This document shows positions 62,351 through 64,000 of a stretch of 64,000 nt of DNA, piece by piece. The stretch's first letter is position 1, and each line of letters starts with the position of its first letter. The position numbers and the translations under genes are program-made. This DNA comes from the human T2T-CHM13v2.0 reference genome, Homo sapiens, in assembly GCF_009914755.1 (NCBI RefSeq), contig NC_060933.1. The stretch is one strand, 5' to 3'. The notes below the pieces were generated by a model. It worked only from the letters and a program-made list of their open reading frames with translations. It was not told where the DNA came from and did no database searches.

Positions 62351-63143
62351 TAACATAAAAATCTGTCTCAGAAAACCCTTCATCTCTGTGCCTTTGATGG
62401 TGATTTATTCTTCCCCTAAAATGTCCTTCCATTCTTCTTGACCAACCAACATACTGTCCTTTTTATGAAGTTCAGGCAATTCTTTAAGGACTTCCCAAAC
62501 ATCCTTGTTGGAAGCAACCTCTCTCTCTCCGGTATTCTCTCGGTATACTGCCTGGTATTGTTCATACCTTCCCAGTGGGAGGACTGCTCACCTCCTTGGA
62601 AGCTGCATCAGTGAAGGTAGCAGGGTACATTATTTACGTATGCACTACTCTGTCTTGTTTGTGGTATGTATCCACGGATGTCTACTGAATGGATGAGTAT
62701 GACCAGTATGATCTGCAATGTAACCTGAGGTCACATGATGGTGCCCCTGTCCAACTCAGCTCCTTTCCTGGGATGATGTAAATTATGTAATCTAATGACT
62801 ACTAATTACTGATCTTTCCTAATATCTTCTTTGAAAGTCAAAGTTAGTTCCCAGTTAAGCAGACAGGAACTGAAAATCTGATCCAACTTCATAACTTGGC
62901 TTCTTTTACATGCTATCCAGTATAGAAATGTTTTCTGCTTCTTAACATTCATGATATAATCTGTCATAAATCAAAAACTGATTTAACGGAAATGTCCATG
63001 AAATAGATGAGAACTACTTCATAACACTGACAGAGAAGGAAAACATGACATTTCAAAAGATAGCTGTTTAATAAATATCAGTACTTCTCTGTCGTCTAAT
63101 TAACAGCATACTACCCTGTGGCTACTTTAAGATGCTGACTCTA

Positions 63144-63687
63144 GGATGGGCGTGGTGGCTTATTCCTGTAATCCCAACACTTTAGGCAGCTAGGGCGGGA
63201 GGATCACTGAGTCCAGGAGACCAGCCTGGGCAACATAGTGGGACTTCATCTCTACAAAAAAATCAAAAACTTAGCCAGGTGTGGTGGTGCATGCCTGTAC
63301 TCCCAGATACTGGGAAGATTGCTTAAGCCCAGGAGGTCAAGGCTGCAGTGAGTTGTGATTGGACTACTGCACTCCAGCCTGGGAGACAAGAGTAAGATCT
63401 TTCTCAAAAAAAAAAAAAAAAAGAAAGAAAGAAAGAAAAGTCTGTAATCCCAGCACTTTGGGAGGTCAAGGTGGGCAGATCACCTGAGGTCGGCAGTTCA
63501 AGACCAGCCTGGCCAACATGGTGAAACCCCGTCTCTACTAAAAATACAAAATTAGCCAGGTGTGGTGGCACGTGCCTGTAGTTCCAGCTACTCAGGAGGC
63601 TGAGGCAGGAGAATCGCTTGAACCCTAGCCTGGGTGACAGAGCGAGACTCCGTCTCAAAAAAAAAAAAAGAAAGAAAAAGAAAAAAA
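63144..63687 (+). mobile_element. AluJ (63144-63439) followed by an internally deleted AluS (63441-63687)
   Basis: Alu text. Confidence 0.9.
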
Positions 63688-63799
63688 ATATGCTAACTCT
63701 AAGGGATGACAATATGAGTGAAAGAAGAACACATTCACTTTGGAGAATCAAAAGTGGGGAAATTCAAGCAAGGAACAACCAATAATATGTATTCTTACA

Positions 63800-63919
63800 G
63801 TCTTTAAAAAAAATTATAGACATGGTCCCACTATGTTGCCCAGACCTAACCTTAAGTGATCCTCCCACTTCAAGCTCCCAAAGCTCTAAGACTATAAGCA
63901 TGAGTCACCGTACCCGGCT
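63800..63919 (-). mobile_element. Alu left-monomer fragment
   Basis: ctatgttgcccag...tgagtcaccgtacccggc. Confidence 0.8.
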
Positions 63920-64000
63920 CTGCCAACTATCCAGATAAAACTTAACCTGGGCAAGTCTTGGATTCTGTTTTTGTACTCTTGATCTACCCTGCTTTTCTAT

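Overview
Primate (almost certainly human) genomic DNA that is Alu-rich, about 38-40% GC by eye and CpG-depleted. The dominant feature is the 3' ~70% of the coding sequence of CEMIP2 (TMEM2; cell-surface hyaluronan-processing type II membrane protein) on the minus strand. I traced 19 coding exons by hand between 61231 and 11389. Every intron is GT-AG and every exon phase is compatible. They sum to 2933 nt (2 nt of a split codon + 976 codons + TAG) and end ...DLELLKQASKAH*. A ~1.8 kb 3' UTR follows, with a likely AATAAA at 9568-9573. The 5' exons (TM, G8 and first GG domains) lie beyond the right edge. Positions 1-9500 are downstream intergenic DNA. The rest is about 39 Alu copies or fragments, MaLR LTRs (MLT1, THE1, MST), hAT/mariner MITEs (MER1A, MER5, MER58, MADE1), old L1/L2/MIR fragments and microsatellites. 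Nearly all ORFs in the supplied track are Alu artefacts or read-through from real exons. I found no convincing previously undescribed biological system. The most interesting small-scale observations are: a 90-bp local templated copy of a MER1A segment; a double-hairpin insertion in a THE1 LTR; a triple target-site duplication from serial Alu insertion; a directly abutting inverted Alu pair; an Alu inserted just past the poly(A) site; a CTCF-like motif beside a 36-nt exon; a cluster of five AP-1 sites downstream of the gene; and 3' UTR elements (let-7, miR-26 and miR-23 8mers, (GU)18). Repeat subfamily names are recalled from consensus sequences, and repeat boundaries are approximate unless a TSD is quoted.
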